DNA from: Bacteroidota bacterium
GTDB lineage: Bacteria; Bacteroidota; Bacteroidia; Chitinophagales; JADJOU01
Assembly (NCBI GenBank): GCA_016713645.1
Contig: JADJOU010000008.1
Span: forward strand, 43,472-107,471
Length of the DNA: 64,000 nucleotides
Reading direction: 5' to 3'
Shown: piece after piece, positions 21,616 through 32,615 of the stretch
Layout: every line of letters begins with the position of its first letter
Position numbering within the stretch: the stretch's first letter is position 1
Made by a program: the position numbers and the translations under genes
The notes under the pieces: generated by a model
Database searches by the model: none
What the model saw: the letters and a program-made list of their open reading frames with translations, nothing else
Told to the model about the DNA's origin: nothing

Positions 21616-22761
21616 TTACTTCTGCCCGTATATTTCTGCCTTGGGGAAAAATGCCAAATATGCAAATGCAAAATGGTTGGTATGCGGTAGAATATCCAAT
21701 TGAACTCCTTGGTGCTTCCCCTCTTTGCAATAACCTGTAATATCCCATATAGAACCCGTTTGATCGTCTTTAAAATATCGACCCGCTTTCTTAAAAGTCA
21801 AATTTACCCCTTCTACTTTGGTTACAAATGGAGCCGCACTTCCCACTTTCTTTGATGACGCCAAATCATCTTCATCCAATACTGAAACCATTCCATCGTG
21901 ATAGAAAATGACGATATTCGTTTTTCCTATGGTCTCATGCACGACCTGTTTCTTTGCCAATTCTCTATAAGGCTAGATTTTGTCGTGCTCTTGATAGTGA
22001 ATTCCTAAAACGTGCTCAATTGGCGGCAAACGCTTGTCTATTTTCTCTGGTAAAAAATACTCCTTTGATAAATTATCGCCATGTTCTAAATGATGAAATT
22101 GTCTGTGCCCATCTTTCTTTGCCATTAAACTTAATTCAACGGGTGCCAGAATTTTTCCTTTCGGGTACCGATCAAAAAAATCATCCACAGAAATTAGCAA
22201 TGCCCTCATCATATTCAAAGCCACTCCTGAATGCTCTCCAGCAATTCCCTCTCCTGTCAATTGTCCCCACCATGATTCTGTCTCGCGGTCATACATCACC
22301 ATATCATTATGAATTAACAATCCAGAAACCCCAAATTGCATCGTCTTTTCTCCTTTTGGCGTAGCTATATTTCTATTAAAAACCAACGCGGAATTGCACA
22401 TCGGACAATAAGAAACCATAATGTTTTTACCCCCAACGGTATCATTGCTCAATTCAAATAGTGTCAGAATGCTCAATGGATAAGCCCTCGCTTCGCCTCC
22501 AAAATTAACGACGATTGCTGGCTCATGCGCATAGAATTTATTTCTGGGATCTTCTTTGGTAATAAAATTGGGGAAATCCAAGGTTAGAATCGCATCTTTC
22601 TCTGTTGCTATGCTCAACTCTTTAAATTCATAGGTATGCTTTGCTGTATCTGTTTTCCAACGATAGGAGATTTTGTTTGGATTGGGAATTTGCGCGTATA
22701 GCCCAATGGATAGGGTCAAAAAAAGGGCAATTGTAATTTGACGGTGCTGAATCATTCGCAT
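21616..22761 (-). pseudogene. DUF3179 domain protein interrupted by an in-frame TAG
   Basis: ORFs 21973-22761 and 21616-21960 are in the same frame, separated only by a TAG (21973-21975) and 4 codons. Together they give a contiguous DUF3179-like sequence of about 380 aa (YCPMCNSALVF...). Confidence 0.75.
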
Positions 22762-22820
22762 TTTAATCTTTTAGATGTATAAAAGTATCATAATTTAAGA
22801 TTCCGCCTTCGCTTTTTTGC

Positions 22821-22850
22821 AAAAAAAAGGCGCTTGTTTTCACAAGCGCC
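22821..22850 (-). terminator. Rho-independent terminator of the lipoprotein gene
   Basis: A perfect 9-bp stem (GGCGCTTGT/ACAAGCGCC) with a 4-nt loop, followed on the minus strand by T8. Confidence 0.85.
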
Positions 22851-22873
22851 TTCATTTTAAAGATAAATTATGA

Positions 22874-23707
22874 TTACAATAAAATGTCTTTTGATGTACC
22901 ATCAACTGTCAAGACTGCTTTTGCATCGCAATCCCCGTTTCCAAAATCCAAGGTTTTTGTTTTTGTTGTTGTTGTTCCTGTTTTGACATAATTTATAACC
23001 CCGCTGATGATATACTTGCAAGCCATATCTTTAATCAAAGGAGTTGATATGGTTGTTTCAAAACTATTGCCATTCGATGATGAGCCAGAAGCGCTTCCTG
23101 TAAGTTCATATTTGTCGTCACCCCAAGTTTTTGTTCCTGCTCCTGCAATCATCGTACGCGTTCTTGTTGAAGTCCACGTCATTGATTTTCCATTTGCCTT
23201 TGTAATTGTCAAACTTGTCGAAATGGTCCAATACATTTGTCCTTTCGAATTTAGTCCTTTATAAACAATTGTTTTTGTTCCTTCTACCGAATTGCCATTG
23301 TTAGAGAATTTCTCAAATGTAACTGTACTGCTATAGCCCTCGTCAAAAAATTTCTTTCCGTTAAAGCTTTTGAAAATTTTGCCTTTGTACAATCTGCCGT
23401 TTCTGCCCTTACACCCGCTCTCTCCGCCAAAATCTATTTTTATTGACCCTTTAGACAAGTCTTTTTCAATTTTTATTGAATCACTCAATATGCTACTCGC
23501 ATCTCCTGTCTTTAAATCTTCTAATTTCTCATTCACATCTGATTGACTTGCAATGTTTTCAACATCATCGTCAATTTGTTCTGCAAGTACATTATCTTCT
23601 GCAATTTCTGTATCACTCGTTAAATCAACAGCCTTACTGCATGACATTTGAATGCTCAATAGTCCAATAGATAGAATTCCTACTGCTAAAATTTTTTTTG
23701 TGTTCAT
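22874..23707 (-). CDS. Putative lipoprotein (hypothetical)
   Basis: 277-aa ORF with a signal peptide ending LLSIQMSC (lipobox-like), followed by an acidic linker and a Thr/Ser/Gly-rich beta-type domain. Confidence 0.65.
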   Translation of the reverse strand: MNTKKILAVGILSIGLLSIQMSCSKAVDLTSDTEIAEDNVLAEQIDDDVENIASQSDVNEKLEDLKTGDASSILSDSIKIEKDLSKGSIKIDFGGESGCKGRNGRLYKGKIFKSFNGKKFFDEGYSSTVTFEKFSNNGNSVEGTKTIVYKGLNSKGQMYWTISTSLTITKANGKSMTWTSTRTRTMIAGAGTKTWGDDKYELTGSASGSSSNGNSFETTISTPLIKDMACKYIISGVINYVKTGTTTTKTKTLDFGNGDCDAKAVLTVDGTSKDILL

Positions 23708-23843
23708 AATTCTTTACTTTTAAAATTTACAATGAATAATAACTAAGACGGTTTTTTAACCCTCTTGGTTGCGTTATGACAAAAATTGTGCTGTTTGGTT
23801 TAAACTTTGGTTAAAAAACTTTAAGAACGAATTCCCTCATTTT

Positions 23844-23872
23844 TTTGTTTAATTGCGTACCCGCTATTTTTG
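23844..23872 (+). promoter_or_regulatory. Putative promoter (TTTG at 23844-23847, TATTTTTG at 23865-23872)
   Basis: A TAnnTTTG box ends 13 nt upstream of the ATG at 23886. This supports that ATG as the real start of the ABC exporter gene. Confidence 0.4.
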
Positions 23873-23885
23873 CTGCGTCTTTTCT

Positions 23886-25629
23886 ATGAAACTTCTTTTC
23901 AATTATTTAAAAAACTACAAAGGACTTATTGCCTTGGCTCTATTGCTCGCCGCACTCAATCAGACCTTTTCCCTTTTAGACCCTTTTATCTTTGGCAAAA
24001 TCATCGATCGATTTGCCTCAAAACCATCCAATCACTTGGAGCACGACTATATTTATGGGGTAGGTTTCTTGGTGCTATGTGCTATTGGTGTCGCCATGAT
24101 CAGTAGAATTGCCAAGGCTTTTCAAGATTATGTCACCAGCTTAATCGTTCAAAAGTTTGGCGCGCGCGTGTATACAGATGGCTTAAAACACTCCCTAAAA
24201 TTGCCATTCCAACAGTTTGAAGACCAACGCAGTGGTGAAACCTTGAACATTTTACAAAAAGTCCGCTCTGATTGTGAAAAATTCATTTCTAATTGCATCA
24301 ACGTTCTTTTCGCTTCACTAGTGGGCATTGTGTTTGTCATGATCTATGCGTTTTCTGTTGAACCAAAACTCATATTCATCTATTTTATCGCCTCTTTTCT
24401 TCTTTTTGCGCTGACGAGTTTTTTGAGCAAAAAAATTAAAGAAATTCAGAAGAACATTGTCAAAGAGACCAATATCCTGGCTGGCGCCACCACGGAGAGC
24501 TTGCGAAATATCGAATTGGTGAAAAGCCTCGGATTGACAGACCAAGAAATTCGTCGGCTCAATATTTCCACGATGAAAATATTGCAGTTAGAATTAAAAA
24601 AAGTCAAGGATATCCGCAGCATCAGCTTTGTTCAAGGCACTTTTGTCAATTTGTTGAGGCAGTCCATCATGTTTTTTTTACTCTTCCTCATTTTTAAAGG
24701 CAAGCTCTCTGTGGGTCAATTGATGACACTTCAGTTCTACTCTTTCTTTATATTCGGTCCATTACAGGAGATTGGCAATGTCATTTTATCCTATCGCGAA
24801 GCGGAGGCATCTCTGCATAATTTTAAAACCATTTTAAATACACCTATTGAGGCCAAGCCCGAAAACCCCATTAAAATAAACGCCCTTGAAACCTTTGAAT
24901 TCGATGGCGTTTCTTTTAAACACAAATCCAGTGAGCATTATGCGCTTGAAAACATTCATTTTCAAGTAAAACAAGGGGAGACCATTGCCTTCGTGGGTCC
25001 ATCTGGCTCAGGAAAAACAACGCTGGTGAAACTTTTGGTCGGTCTCTATCGTCCCGAGCAAGGCTCTATTCTATACAATTCCATAGATTCTGTGAACTTG
25101 GACATTGAAGAAGTACGACATCAAATTGGCTTTGTAACTCAAGACACGCAGTTATTTTCTGGTACGATCAAAGAGAATCTGCTCTTTGTAAACCCTACTG
25201 CCACGGACGAGGAAATTCACCGCGTTCTTATGAAATCGGCATGTCAAAATTTATTGGCGCGCAGCGATAAAGGTATTGACACCATCATCGGTGAAGGCGG
25301 TATTAAAATCTCTGGCGGCGAAAAGCAGCGGCTATCGATTGCACGCGCTTCTGCGCAACCCTAAACTCATCGTTTTTGATGAAGCCACTTCTGCATTAGA
25401 CTCAATCACTGAAACTGAAATAACCGATACGATACGCTCTATTGCATCGACAAAAAATCATATGATGGTACTGATTGCACATAGACTTTCAACCATCATG
25501 CATGCCGATCGGATATTTGTATTAGAAAAAGGCAAAGTCGTTGAAATGGGCGACCATTCATCGCTTTTAGCGGAAAAAGGCTTGTACTATGCCATGTGGC
25601 GTCAACAAATTGGCGAACGAAAATCGTAA
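23886..25629 (+). pseudogene. ABC exporter, fused permease/ATPase (MsbA-like), frameshifted
   Basis: A six-TM region is followed by Walker A (GPSGSGKTT) and the signature ISGGEKQRLSIARA. The frame is then lost: ALLRNPKLIVFDEATSALD continues in ORF 25276-25629. The single-base indel is near 25347-25351. Confidence 0.88.
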
Positions 25630-25706
25630 ACCCTTTGATTCAAGGCACAAAGCCTCGAAAAATAATTATGTTTGCAGCTATTCTAATCATTTAATCACCA
25701 CAAGGT

Positions 25707-26315
25707 TTGAGCTCACAGAAATTATATCCCGTCATGGAACACTTCTATACCATTCAAGGTGAAGGGTTTTTCAGCGGCTGTGCTGCTTATTTTATTCGTT
25801 TGGGCGGTTGCGATGTCGGTTGCACTTGGTGCGACGTAAAAGAGAGCTGGGATCCTGAAAAGCACAAAAAATATAGTTCTGATCAAATTCTCCAATGGAT
25901 TGTTGATGCAAAGGCAAGTCTTTGTGTCATCACAGGTGGTGAACCCCTTATGCACGATTTAAGTGATTTGACCCTTCTTTTGCATAAAAATGGGATTCAG
26001 ATCAATATTGAAACCTCTGGAACTTCACCGATATCGGGCCATTTGGATTGGATTACCTTTTCTCCAAAGCGATTTAAAAAACCCCTCCCTGAATTTTACG
26101 CACGAGCGAACGAGCTAAAAATTATTGTCGCTCACCCCAATGATTTGCGCTGGGGCGAAGAATTTGCATCACATGTTTCACCCAAGTGCCATTTGTATTT
26201 ACAACCGGAATGGTCAAAGGAAAAAGAGGTCTTGCCGAAAATGATTGATTTTGTCAAAGCCAATCCATCTTGGAAAATTTCCCTACAAACGCATAAATAC
26301 ATGGGAATAGACTAG
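25707..26315 (+). CDS. queE: 7-carboxy-7-deazaguanine synthase (radical SAM)
   Basis: FYTIQGEGFFSG and the CDVGCTWCD cluster. The start is either TTG 25707 or ATG 25734. Confidence 0.88.
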   Translation: MSSQKLYPVMEHFYTIQGEGFFSGCAAYFIRLGGCDVGCTWCDVKESWDPEKHKKYSSDQILQWIVDAKASLCVITGGEPLMHDLSDLTLLLHKNGIQINIETSGTSPISGHLDWITFSPKRFKKPLPEFYARANELKIIVAHPNDLRWGEEFASHVSPKCHLYLQPEWSKEKEVLPKMIDFVKANPSWKISLQTHKYMGID

Positions 26316-26408
26316 TTCTAAACAGATTGTTATTTTCGCCATTTTTATTTTCCGCATTTTTTTGCTTTTTGATTATCATTGTAAAACTTATTCAAAAAAC
26401 CATTTCTT

Positions 26409-27677
26409 ATGCCGAAAGATCAAAAAATATTTGATTTAATTGATCAAGAACTTACAAGACAAATCGAAGGTCTTGAGTTGATTGCTTCTGAAAATTATAC
26501 CTCTCTTGATGTCATGAAAGCCATGGGCTCGTGTCTGACCAATAAATATGCTGAAGGGCTTCCAAAGAATCGATATTATGGTGGTTGCGAAGTGGTAGAT
26601 GAAGTAGAACAAATCGCCATCGACAGAATCAAAACCATATTTGGCGCTGCTTGGGCAAATGTTCAACCCCATTCTGGTGCACAGGCAAATGCTGCCGTTA
26701 TGTTGGCTGTTCTCAAACCTGGAGACTCCATTCTTGGTTTTGATTTGAGCCATGGTGGCCATTTAACGCATGGTTCTCCTGTTAACTTTTCAGGCAAACT
26801 CTATCAACCAAATTTCTACGGCGTTGAAGAGGCGACGGGCATTATCGATATGGATAAAGTAGAAGCAAAGGCAATAGAAGTAAAGCCAAAACTCATCATC
26901 TGCGGAGCATCTGCTTATTCGCGCGATTGGGATTATGCGCGTTTCCGTGCTATTGCAGATAAAGTGGGCGCTCTTTTGCTTGCAGATATCTCGCATACTG
27001 CTGGTTTGATTGCCGCGAAATTGATGAACGACCCTATTCCTCATTGTCATTTCGTATCTAGTACCACCCACAAAACGCTTCGCGGACCAAGAGGTGGCAT
27101 CATCTTAATGGGCCGTGATTTTGATAATCCTTGGGGATTGACCAATCCGAAAGGCGAGATTCGAAAAATGTCTGCACTATTAGACTTAGCCGTATTCCCA
27201 GGAACTCAAGGCGGACCATTAGAACATGTCATTGCCGCAAAAGCGGTATCTTTTTTTGAAGCTATGCAACCGGAATATGTCGCCTATCAAAAACAAGTTA
27301 AAGCCAATGCTCAAGCCATGGCTAAGGCGTTTACAGACCGCGGATATAAAATCATCTCTGGTGGTACAGATAATCACCTCATGTTGATCGATCTAAGAAA
27401 TAAAAATATCTCTGGGAAAAAAGCTGATTTAACTCTGGGCAAGGTGCATATAACCATCAATAAAAACATGGTTCCCTTCGATGATAAATCTCCTTTCATC
27501 ACATCGGGTATTCGCGTTGGAACACCTGCTATTACAACACGTGGCATGAAAGAAGCAGATATGGAAACCATTGTGAATTGGATCGATCGCGCCATTGTGA
27601 ATGCAGATAATGAAGACGCTTTGGCTGCAATTAAACAAGAAGTTGTCGCTTTCGCAAAAAAATGGATTTTGTATTAA
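26409..27677 (+). CDS. glyA: Serine hydroxymethyltransferase
   Basis: 422-aa ORF with the [17 protein letters not shown]-lysine motif and full-length similarity. Confidence 0.96.
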   Translation: MPKDQKIFDLIDQELTRQIEGLELIASENYTSLDVMKAMGSCLTNKYAEGLPKNRYYGGCEVVDEVEQIAIDRIKTIFGAAWANVQPHSGAQANAAVMLAVLKPGDSILGFDLSHGGHLTHGSPVNFSGKLYQPNFYGVEEATGIIDMDKVEAKAIEVKPKLIICGASAYSRDWDYARFRAIADKVGALLLADISHTAGLIAAKLMNDPIPHCHFVSSTTHKTLRGPRGGIILMGRDFDNPWGLTNPKGEIRKMSALLDLAVFPGTQGGPLEHVIAAKAVSFFEAMQPEYVAYQKQVKANAQAMAKAFTDRGYKIISGGTDNHLMLIDLRNKNISGKKADLTLGKVHITINKNMVPFDDKSPFITSGIRVGTPAITTRGMKEADMETIVNWIDRAIVNADNEDALAAIKQEVVAFAKKWILY

Positions 27678-27683
27678 TCCAAA

Positions 27684-29603
27684 CTAAAGATAGGTTTTGA
27701 TTATTTTCCATTCCTCTTCTAAACTCCATTGTTTAGCGTACTTTTCATTGATCAATCTTTTCGTTTTGCTGCTCATCTCATCGAGAAATACATTTTTGGG
27801 TGTAAAAACTGCCTGATGCAAACGAGGTAAATTTTCTTGTTCATCGACAAAATATCCAATCCACGTTTTATAGTTCAATAAAACAGTAAAGAGATTGCCA
27901 TAGATAGCACTTCTGTTTTTTCGCAGGACAAACCAAGGAAATAAAAGAATAAACAACCCGGATATACATATATCAAACATCCGCTTATTTCTTCGCTGAT
28001 GCGCTTGATTAATACTGTAATTCAAATCCTTTGCATATAATTCCCCCGCCTGATCTTTTGAATTACTTCCTATGATACTCTCTGAATTTTCTGGCAATAT
28101 TTTAAAGTGCAGTCCCGATTCATTTTCATCGATGATCTCTACTATTTCTTTATTTGTCAAGTCCTTCGAGCAGAAAATAATTTCTTCAATATTGAACCAT
28201 TCCACCAATTGATTCAATTGCTTGTAATTGCCCAATCCACCGGATTTGCTTCCTATATCAATTCTCCCTTTGTAGATAATTTGAACATTGGAATTTTCAA
28301 TCAACGACAAAGCCCTTTTCTCTTCCTCTTCAGAACCGATAATTGCCACCGCATATCGCTCAGGTGTATCGATGCTCCATTTTCTATTGTAATAATAATT
28401 TAGAATCATGCGCGTGATCGCCATCCAGAAAACGGATGCAATGGCGCCAAACAATATTACGGCGCGCGAGTACCGCCAATTTTCCGGAGCAAATGCATAC
28501 AAATTGGCGATGATAAATGTGCCGATGACGATGCCTCTCAGTGCGCTCTTCATCGTTTTTGGTTTGTCGTAGGCACCATTTAAATAGGCGCTTGTCATCC
28601 ATATCAACACATAGAAAGGAACAATAACCCAAGTAAATACGAAGGGATAATAAGATGTTTGATGTTTGATATTTACTGCCCAAAACACTTTGATAAACTC
28701 TATGGAAGCGAAGATGAGGGCACTATCGAGAATGAGGTGGTTCCACTTTCCAAAGAAGCTGGTGATGATCGCTAAAAAAGCCTTTAAAAAAATAGCACCC
28801 TTTAAAACCCTTTGATAAGCTTTTGCGCTGCTTCCACTGTAATGCTTTTGCGCAAAAATGATCATGGCATTGTAAAACGTCTTTACATAGTTGAGGCTGC
28901 CCTTTTTCGTGCTCTCGCCTTTATAGTGGATGATGGTGGTATCTGCAAAATAATAATTGTCATACCCCGCTAATACAAACCGATAAGAGAGATCAATATC
29001 TTCCCCATACATAAAAAAGCTTTCGTCTAATAGGCCAATTTTATCTATGGCTTCGCTGCGCATAAACATAAATGCTCCTGATAAAATATCCGCTTTTGTC
29101 GTTTCCATTTCTGGCTTATCGCCCAAATGGTATTTTGAATATTTTGGGTGTTTTGGAAATATGGCACTTAATCCAAACAATTTATAAAATGCGACACTGG
29201 GCGTTGGCAGCGATCGCTTTGATTCTGGCAAAAATATTCCTTTGCCATCTATCATCCGCACGCCGATTGCTCCTGCGTTTGGGTTGGCATCCATAAAATC
29301 GATACATTTTTTAAACGTGTCTTCCTGTACAAACGTATCGGGATTCAACAATAATTTATATTTCCCGGTTGCCAATTTAATGGCCTGATTATTTGCTTTT
29401 GAAAAACCTGGATTGTCTTTATTGGCAATCAATTTTACTTGAGGAAATTTTTTTTCCACCAACTCTAGAGAACCATCTTTTGAATTATTGTCCACCACCC
29501 ATATCTCTGCCTCTATTCCCTGACAAGCCTTTAGCGCCGAAACAATCGTTTGCTCCAGAAAATATTTTACATTGTAATTGACTATGATGATGGATAAGGT
29601 CAA
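27684..29603 (-). CDS. Family 2 glycosyltransferase with a multi-TM C-terminal half
   Basis: N-terminal GT2 pattern (IIIVNYN...[10 protein letters not shown]...GAFMF), then several TM helices, then a [17 protein letters not shown] segment that resembles a sugar-transferase membrane hairpin. The TTG start overlaps the recR stop (TTGA). Confidence 0.75.
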   Translation of the reverse strand: MTLSIIIVNYNVKYFLEQTIVSALKACQGIEAEIWVVDNNSKDGSLELVEKKFPQVKLIANKDNPGFSKANNQAIKLATGKYKLLLNPDTFVQEDTFKKCIDFMDANPNAGAIGVRMIDGKGIFLPESKRSLPTPSVAFYKLFGLSAIFPKHPKYSKYHLGDKPEMETTKADILSGAFMFMRSEAIDKIGLLDESFFMYGEDIDLSYRFVLAGYDNYYFADTTIIHYKGESTKKGSLNYVKTFYNAMIIFAQKHYSGSSAKAYQRVLKGAIFLKAFLAIITSFFGKWNHLILDSALIFASIEFIKVFWAVNIKHQTSYYPFVFTWVIVPFYVLIWMTSAYLNGAYDKPKTMKSALRGIVIGTFIIANLYAFAPENWRYSRAVILFGAIASVFWMAITRMILNYYYNRKWSIDTPERYAVAIIGSEEEEKRALSLIENSNVQIIYKGRIDIGSKSGGLGNYKQLNQLVEWFNIEEIIFCSKDLTNKEIVEIIDENESGLHFKILPENSESIIGSNSKDQAGELYAKDLNYSINQAHQRRNKRMFDICISGLFILLFPWFVLRKNRSAIYGNLFTVLLNYKTWIGYFVDEQENLPRLHQAVFTPKNVFLDEMSSKTKRLINEKYAKQWSLEEEWKIIKTYL

Positions 29604-30238
29604 TGTGGATTTGCTTTTATTTCTATGTTCTCTTGTGAATAAGTATATGGCAATCGCGTTGCTATGCTGCGCGCCAAGGTTATTTCATCGGTGTATTCCA
29701 ATTCAGATCCAATGGCTATTCCCCTCGAAATGGAAGAAATTTTACTCCCGTTCCCTCAATTTTTTAATCAAATAATAAATCGTCGTATCTCCCTCTATAG
29801 TTGGATTGAGCGCCATAATGATTTCTTCCACTTCACCACTTTCGACGCGTTGCAATAGTTTTGTATGTTCAGCTTTTCTGGTCCAATTCCTTCAACTGGT
29901 GAAATGACGCCACCTAAGACATGATAGACCCCTTGATACTGGCCCGTATTTTCTATTGCCAAAACTTCGCGAACCGTTTCTACAACGCAGATCATCTTCT
30001 TCTTTCTTGCATTGCTCTCACATATATGGCATATTTCGCCGTCTGCATAATTGCAGCAGATGCGGCAAGTCTTTACTTCTTTCTTCATCACTGATATCGC
30101 AGAACAAAACTTTTCTACCTCTTCTGTATTTGCTTTTAGCAAATGTAAAACCAAGCGCAGGGCCGTTTTTTTTCCTATTCCAGGAAGTCTTGACACTTCT
30201 GAAACCGCTAATTCAATATGTTTAGATGAGTAAATCAT
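29600..30238 (-). pseudogene. recR: Recombination protein RecR with two compensating frameshifts
   Basis: The N-terminal HhH, the Cys4 zinc finger (CRICCN...CHIC) and the start of the Toprim domain are in ORF 29795-30238. The middle part ([38 protein letters not shown]) is in another frame. The tail ([28 protein letters not shown]) returns to the first frame and stops at 29600-29602. Confidence 0.85.
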
Positions 30239-30246
30239 ACACTTTA

Positions 30247-30942
30247 TTATTTCAGTAAATACAAGAGGTTATAAAACTCTTTAAACAAAACAGATAGGTC
30301 AACTTTCTTAACGTTGATATCCTGCTTTAACTCCCCATGTATATAACCTATTCTTCTCTTTTGTTTAAATGCTTCTTTTATAAATTCTAAGTCAAACAAA
30401 TATCCATCGATTTTTGTGTTTATTAAAATTTCTTTTCCCATTTTATTCATGCTCTTTAAACCACCCTGCGTATCTGCTGTAGGCAGACGAAACAATAATT
30501 TAATTAGATATTGCACAACCAGAGAAATTATCTTTCTCTGCATTGGAATTGTATCATAATACGTTTTATCGCGGACTGTTATTACTATATCATCCCCTTT
30601 CTCTAATAATTCCAAATGCTCAGCGATATGTTTATTTTCATATGGAATATCACTATCTGTATAGATAATATATTTCCCATTCGCTAAACTTACTCCTTTT
30701 CTAACGGCATTGCCTTTTCCTGCGTTGACCTGATTCTTTGTTCTTACTGTCTTCCATTTTTTGCTTATTCTCTCAAATGCCTCATCCAAGTCATGCATAG
30801 ATCCATCATCAACCAATATAATTTCAATTTCATATTGTTTAGATATGGATTGGTCAATTTTTTCCAAATTTTCCATGACTTTTTTTTCCCATTCGTTTTC
30901 GGGATTATAACAGGGAATTACAATGGAAACTAGCTCTCTCAT
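30247..30942 (-). CDS. Family 2 glycosyltransferase
   Basis: 231-aa ORF with VSIVIPCYNPE, VDDGS and TDSD motifs. Confidence 0.8.
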   Translation of the reverse strand: MRELVSIVIPCYNPENEWEKKVMENLEKIDQSISKQYEIEIILVDDGSMHDLDEAFERISKKWKTVRTKNQVNAGKGNAVRKGVSLANGKYIIYTDSDIPYENKHIAEHLELLEKGDDIVITVRDKTYYDTIPMQRKIISLVVQYLIKLLFRLPTADTQGGLKSMNKMGKEILINTKIDGYLFDLEFIKEAFKQKRRIGYIHGELKQDINVKKVDLSVLFKEFYNLLYLLK

Positions 30943-31378
30943 TTGTTTTCAGTAAATATTTACTTATCCACAGACAATAAATATTTATTGTTTGTAATAA
31001 TATAATAAGTTTTTCTTTTCCACATTATTTTCTCACTTATTCTACAAAATGATTCATTTCATATTTTGATAAATTCTTTTCCTTTTGTTACCCACCCTTA
31101 TGTTCATAAAAAGGACAATATTTTTATGTACATTTTACTTGTACACTTCATGTGAATTAACGCACAAAATAGCCATATTCATTCATTTCCTCCTGTTGAT
31201 TATAAGTTAATAACCCTATAACAAAATGTTAAAATAATAAGAAACAATAGAGGTAATAAAATCTTTCCCACGAATTAACATCCCTAATAATAATGGCTTT
31301 TTTTATTTATTTAAAATAATTAATTATAATTATAATAGCTTGTTAATTCAAGTCGATTTAAATTTCTATTTTTGCATC

Positions 31379-32132
31379 GTGAAACAATTTTTAATTATTC
31401 TTTTTTTATTTTCGGTGGGCATGATTTCGGCACAACAAGAATTCCTTGATGCGCAATTGACCAATGAGCGCGTGGCTATTGCTAATTCTGAAAAGTACAA
31501 ATATTTGGTGGATTTATTTGCTAGTAAAACGGTTGAGTTTCCCTGCGATAGCATTTATTTCCGGGCGATGAAATGGAATAAGAAATTGGAAGTGTGGGCG
31601 TGGAGCAAAGACAGTTCAAAGTATGTTTTAATAAATACATATAATATTTGTATGTTATCTGGTGAGCTGGGACCAAAGCGCGAACAAGGGGATCAACAAA
31701 TACCAGAAGGGTTTTATCAAATTGTAGATTTTAATCCAATGAGTAAATATTTTTTATCCCTGGGAATCAATTATCCAAATGAAAGTGATAAGGTCTTTGG
31801 AACCCAAGGTGCTTTAGGTGGAGATATCTATATCCATGGTGGGTGTGAAACCATCGGTTGTTTGCCGATGACAGATGCCATGATGAAAGAAATTTATCTT
31901 ATTGCGCTTTATGCAAAAAGGCAGTGGTCAGCAAGTAATTCCTGTTCACATTTATCCTACAAAATTAACCAAGAATAATTTTGTAAAATTGAAAGAGAAT
32001 TATTTCAAAGGAAGTACAACGCATATCAATTTTTGGAGTCAGATTAAGCAGGGATATGACTACTTTGAAAAGTATAAAAAATTGCCACGATTTAATATTG
32101 TTGATGGTAACTATTTATTAATCAATGATTAA
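31379..32132 (+). pseudogene. L,D-transpeptidase (YkuD-like) family protein, frameshifted
   Basis: A GTG at 31379 gives the signal peptide MKQFLIILFLFSVGMISAQQ. The catalytic region (IYIHGGCETIGCLPM) is present. The C-terminus continues in ORF 31902-32132. The indel is in the A5 run at 31915-31919. Confidence 0.75.
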
Positions 32133-32134
32133 TG

Positions 32135-32491
32135 CTATTTCATTTCAAGTTTAGCGTAAATATAGAACCAAAGTGAGCGAGATATTCTAAAGAAAACAAT
32201 AAATAGAAAACTCATTGATAGGATTAAGTATAAAAAGGTATTTAGTATAGATTGTTTGAGTATAAAAACGGAAGTAAAGCAAAAAGAAAGACAGTATACT
32301 GAAGTTAAGGCATAGGATACATACATCGATCCCCAATAGAATCCAGGTTCAGGTTCAAATTTAATACCACAATTAGGACACGATTCATTCATCGTTAGTG
32401 GATTTTTAAAAGAGAGTAGGGAATTTTTAAAGAGAGGAGATTGTTGACATTTTCCGCAACGTTGAAGAAAAACAGATTTTAATAAACTCAT
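32135..32491 (-). CDS. DUF983 domain membrane protein
   Basis: 118-aa ORF with CGKC...CPNCG zinc-ribbon-like pairs followed by two TM helices. Confidence 0.7.
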   Translation of the reverse strand: MSLLKSVFLQRCGKCQQSPLFKNSLLSFKNPLTMNESCPNCGIKFEPEPGFYWGSMYVSYALTSVYCLSFCFTSVFILKQSILNTFLYLILSMSFLFIVFFRISRSLWFYIYAKLEMK

Positions 32492-32548
32492 GGTTTTGAT
32501 ATTAGGGCAAAGATAAGAATATTTATGACAAAGTCAATGGTTGGGAAT

Positions 32549-32562
32549 GTTCCACGTGGAAC
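32549..32562. promoter_or_regulatory. Perfect 14-bp palindrome GTTCCACGTGGAAC (copy 1)
   Basis: Located in the 124-bp divergent region between the DUF983 gene and mnmG. Confidence 0.5.
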
Positions 32563-32595
32563 AAGAAAAGAAGTAATTAATTTATAAAAGTAAAC

Positions 32596-32609
32596 GTTCC
32601 ACGTGGAAC
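32596..32609. promoter_or_regulatory. Perfect 14-bp palindrome GTTCCACGTGGAAC (copy 2)
   Basis: Identical to copy 1, 47 bp away centre to centre. It ends 6 nt before the mnmG ATG. Confidence 0.5.
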
Positions 32610-32615
32610 AATAAG

